Assembly: GCA_030295235.1 (NCBI GenBank)
Contig: AP026123.1
Location: 1,054,001-1,118,000, forward strand
DNA length: 64,000 nucleotides
Source of the DNA: Fistulifera solaris
Taxonomy: Eukaryota
Direction of reading: 5' to 3'
Shown piece by piece: positions 60,629 to 64,000 of the stretch. The position numbers and the translations under genes are program-made. The first letter of the stretch is position 1. Every line of letters starts with the position of its first letter. The notes under the pieces were generated by a model, which saw only the letters and a program-made list of their open reading frames with translations, did not search any database and had not been told where the DNA came from.

Positions 60629-62278
60629 ATGGCACTCGCTTCGAAGCGCAACAATGCTTCAAGCATGGAGAGAATCGTAGGACTGTCTTTGCTGACATTG
60701 CTCGGTCTTTATTGCATGCTGACTGTCTTTGCGTATTACAAAGTATCACAATCGGACCATGGTTTACCTCTAGTGCAATCTACTATTGTAACTGCCGCTT
60801 CCGCAAACGAAGTGCCTTATCAACGGCAAATGGTTGCGGATACGGATAAAATTTCCAGCATCAGCGAACTGCAGAATGCTTTTCCGATATACGTCGGCAA
60901 GGACGTGGAAACGATCATTCATCCCGGAGTACAAGTATTGTCACCCACCGCCATCACAAAGTGGCCCGACGATCTCCCGAAAAATATGTCGGTACCGCAG
61001 TTTTTTGACGATTCTCATGGTCACTTGTACGGTGGGTCTATTCGCGAATTCTTGGGGAATAATGGCGAAAAACTCATCACACCGGAACAAGCCGCAAAGA
61101 TAGGCAGTAAAATTACTGTCAGAGGTAAAGAAGTGGAAACGATCTATTGTTCCGTGGCTTCATATCGTGATCCGGAATGCTCAGGGACTGTGGCGGATGT
61201 TTTTGAACGAGCGGAATACCCGGAACGAATTCGTGTTGCCATTTTGGACCAGCGAGCCGAAGGTGACCCAGTATGCGGCGCTGCCGATTGCGACGCCGAC
61301 CCGAATCAGACACTATGCAAGTATGCCCATCTGATCGAACACACGTCCTTGGACGCTCGTCTCTCGTGCGGTCCGGTATTTGCTCGTCATTTGGCTCACC
61401 GTCACTATCGAGGGGAATATTTCGCTATGCAGATCGACTCACATGTACGCTTCATTGAACACTGGGACAGCAAGATTGTCGGATTTTGGCATTCTGCGAA
61501 CAACGAAATGGCTGTTCTCACTACGTATCTCTCTGATATAAATGGCTCGATCGACCCGATTACACACGAATCCCTGCACAAAACTCGCCCCATCATGTGC
61601 GCATCCGATTACGAAGGCAATGGAGAATACAGACATTTGCGACACGGCCAACAGCCTGAAGGGATTCCTATGATCAAAGGAGAACCGACTTTAGAGCCTT
61701 TCTGGGCGGCTGGGTTTTCATTTTCTCGCGGTCATTTTGTCATCCAAGTCCCTTACGATATGTATTTGCCCATGGTATTTCAAGGCGAAGAGATCAGCAT
61801 CGGGCTGCGTGGATTTACTTACGGATACGATTATTACACCCCTGAGGAAGGTGTTTGCTTCCATATGTACGCCATCAAAGAAAATGAAGCGAAGAGGAAG
61901 AAAGTTCCTCTGTTCTGGGAAAATAGTTCAATGTACACCGGAGTCGGCATGAAAGCGATGCGTCGATTAAACACAATAATTGGGATGGAGAACTACCCAC
62001 GAGATCAATGGCAGACTGACGAAGAAGAGAAGTACGGTCTGGGAAAAGTACGGACCACGCAGAAATTCTTCGACGTGTTTGGCATTCATCCCGAGAAGCA
62101 CACGGTTGAGCAACACTTATGTCGATTTGTGGGCCAGCCAATGATGAAGGAATTGAAACCGCATTTACGTTCAGATCGCATGGGTATCGACTACAATTCT
62201 GTCACGTATCGCTACGTGGACACCGGTTCAGTCAACAACAAACACATTCCAGTAGGGGTGAAGAAGGCTGTGGCGTAG
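60629..62278 (+). CDS. GT60-family (Gnt1-like) polypeptide/hydroxyproline N-acetylglucosaminyltransferase, type II membrane protein
   Basis: N-terminal TM helix; SVASYRDPEC, GPVFARH, QIDSHVRF, FWAAGFSFSRG, VFQGEE. Confidence 0.85.
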   Translation: MALASKRNNASSMERIVGLSLLTLLGLYCMLTVFAYYKVSQSDHGLPLVQSTIVTAASANEVPYQRQMVADTDKISSISELQNAFPIYVGKDVETIIHPGVQVLSPTAITKWPDDLPKNMSVPQFFDDSHGHLYGGSIREFLGNNGEKLITPEQAAKIGSKITVRGKEVETIYCSVASYRDPECSGTVADVFERAEYPERIRVAILDQRAEGDPVCGAADCDADPNQTLCKYAHLIEHTSLDARLSCGPVFARHLAHRHYRGEYFAMQIDSHVRFIEHWDSKIVGFWHSANNEMAVLTTYLSDINGSIDPITHESLHKTRPIMCASDYEGNGEYRHLRHGQQPEGIPMIKGEPTLEPFWAAGFSFSRGHFVIQVPYDMYLPMVFQGEEISIGLRGFTYGYDYYTPEEGVCFHMYAIKENEAKRKKVPLFWENSSMYTGVGMKAMRRLNTIIGMENYPRDQWQTDEEEKYGLGKVRTTQKFFDVFGIHPEKHTVEQHLCRFVGQPMMKELKPHLRSDRMGIDYNSVTYRYVDTGSVNNKHIPVGVKKAVA

Positions 62279-62313
62279 CAACGGAGCTTTGTAAAAATAT
62301 AACCGTCTTAAAG

Positions 62314-63818
62314 TTAGTCGGCAGGTCGTAATGTTTTCCATATTCCTGTTTTGCTTTCATACCGCATCATGCCTAATGCAACTTGAACCCCCATAAAGGC
62401 CGCCAGAGCGTACCATATTTGTCCAAGGCTCACAGTTGCTCCATTGGCCGCATATAAAGTAATCATTCCAACACAAACAACATTCGCCGCCCACATTGCT
62501 GTCATGCTGAAGACCCAGTCCAGCCCTCCCATAAGGATTCCGTTTACGGGGTACGCAAGCCCTTTTAAGACCTGTGTCAATAACACGGCTGGGAAAACAG
62601 CCAGGGCTGCTTGCTGAACGGCAACGTTCGTGGTCAGGCCCTTGATAACGTTAGCACGTCCAAACCAAGTGAATAGAGATAATGTGGTGGCCACGACGCC
62701 TCCAAAGATTGTTGAAGAGTTGATCAAATGTCGTACGAGTTCTCGCTTCGGTTTCTTCTGGGAAATTTGACGAGCCATGAGCGTTTGAACAGCTACCGCC
62801 ACGGCTTCACATATCTGGGTGGTAGCAAAGCCCAACTGAAACGTAAGATTGTAAGCCGCGGCCGGTACCGTACCCAACAAGGCAGCCTGACGCGAGCAAA
62901 CGGAATAGGCCAAGACTTTCGCAACCGTACGGAACATAACGAGTCCACCGGCTCTCAAGTATTGTTGCAAAGACGTCTTGAGCTGTGCAAATTGTTTGAC
63001 AATGTTGATTGGTACTTTTCGATTGAGCGAAAGCATGAGCGGCACCAAGGCAATGTATTGAGCTAGCGCCGTCCCTGCTGCAGCCCCTGCCGCTCCCCAA
63101 CCAGCAACAAATATAAAGAACGGATCGAAAACAACATTGAGGAGCGTGAAGAGTAGGCTGTAAATCAGAGGCGTCCGTGTATCCCCCAACCCACGAAAGA
63201 TTCCATTGGTGACGAGCCAGAGTGTCGCGGCGGGTGTTCCCAAAGCCCGCACTTGTAAATACGAGACTGCCGAGAACCACATGGGGATGCTGGACCAACG
63301 CCCATACCTTGCGTGATGGCTCGAGCAAAGACGAAGAAAACTAACATTTGAATGATCCCGACACTCCCAGCCAGCAACAACGCACTGCTAACGGCCAAAG
63401 TTTGATCCTCATCTTCGGATGACGCCGCTACCAAGCTAATACTAGTGCGAAGTAAGGGATCGTTGTAAAGTTTGCTGACGGCATATTGCGCACTAACGGC
63501 GACCCCGGCTCCTCCCAAAACCGCTGGACTCAATCGGCCCAGATAAGCCGTGTCCACAATGGCCGCCAAGGGCTCTGCGGCAAGTTGCAGTAAAGCAGGT
63601 ACACCGATTTTGAGAAAATCTTTTGTCAATTCTTTCTTTTCTTGAGCAACGGAATCTGAATCGTCTTGAGCGGTTGCAGTCGGGGTGGCCAAGAGACGCC
63701 TGGACGACAAAGGCGTGTGCAAGCTCTTGTAACGGATCAGAGCCGTTCTTCTCAAGGAGGGCACATACGATTGCTGCAGCGATGGTAATAACAGAAAGAT
63801 CAAAGAAAAGAACAACAT
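62314..63818 (-). CDS. MATE (DinF-like) transporter with N-terminal targeting leader; frameshift near 63285
   Basis: PALLQLAAEPLAAIVDTAYLGRL, GIFRGLGDTRTPL, LNVVFDPFFIF..GWGAAGAA. Confidence 0.9.
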
Positions 63819-64000
63819 TTTTGCTGCAACTAAATAATTTTGCTCGCTAATTGTATTCTATTATTGTCATTCATCTATTGCTTTCATTTATTTGTTTCAC
63901 ATCCGATCTTTCATTCCAATGCATTCATGACTGGACAAGCAGTCGTGCGGGCGTAGAACATACACTTGGGTGTATAGTAATTTTTGAACAAGCACCTTCG

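Noticed and set aside
1..64000. tRNA or rRNA genes
   Set aside because: None recognised by eye; a tRNAscan-SE/Rfam run would be needed to exclude them

Overview
Gene-dense eukaryotic DNA, almost certainly from a diatom (inferred from short GT-AG introns, bipartite plastid-type leaders, an APS kinase-ATP sulfurylase-pyrophosphatase fusion, and RXL/KXXK silaffin-like proteins). It holds about 27 protein genes. Many are broken by single-base indels in homopolymer runs, probably long-read assembly errors. Non-coding elements include two MITEs, a short Helitron-like element, a ~2.8 kb satellite/palindrome block, and a ~4.8 kb element with ~600 bp inverted repeats enclosing a decayed RWD-family gene. 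The top candidate for an undescribed system is a tandem pair of paralogous secreted polyprotein genes (55857-56921 and 58536-60012). They are built of 6 and 9 His-rich, Lys/Gly-tailed repeats separated by KR/RXL processing sites and lie next to a GT60 GlcNAc-transferase. A second notable signal is a myosin with two in-frame splice acceptors that would give either a membrane-anchored or a PH-like/coiled-coil tail. All calls come from reading the sequence; no searches were run.
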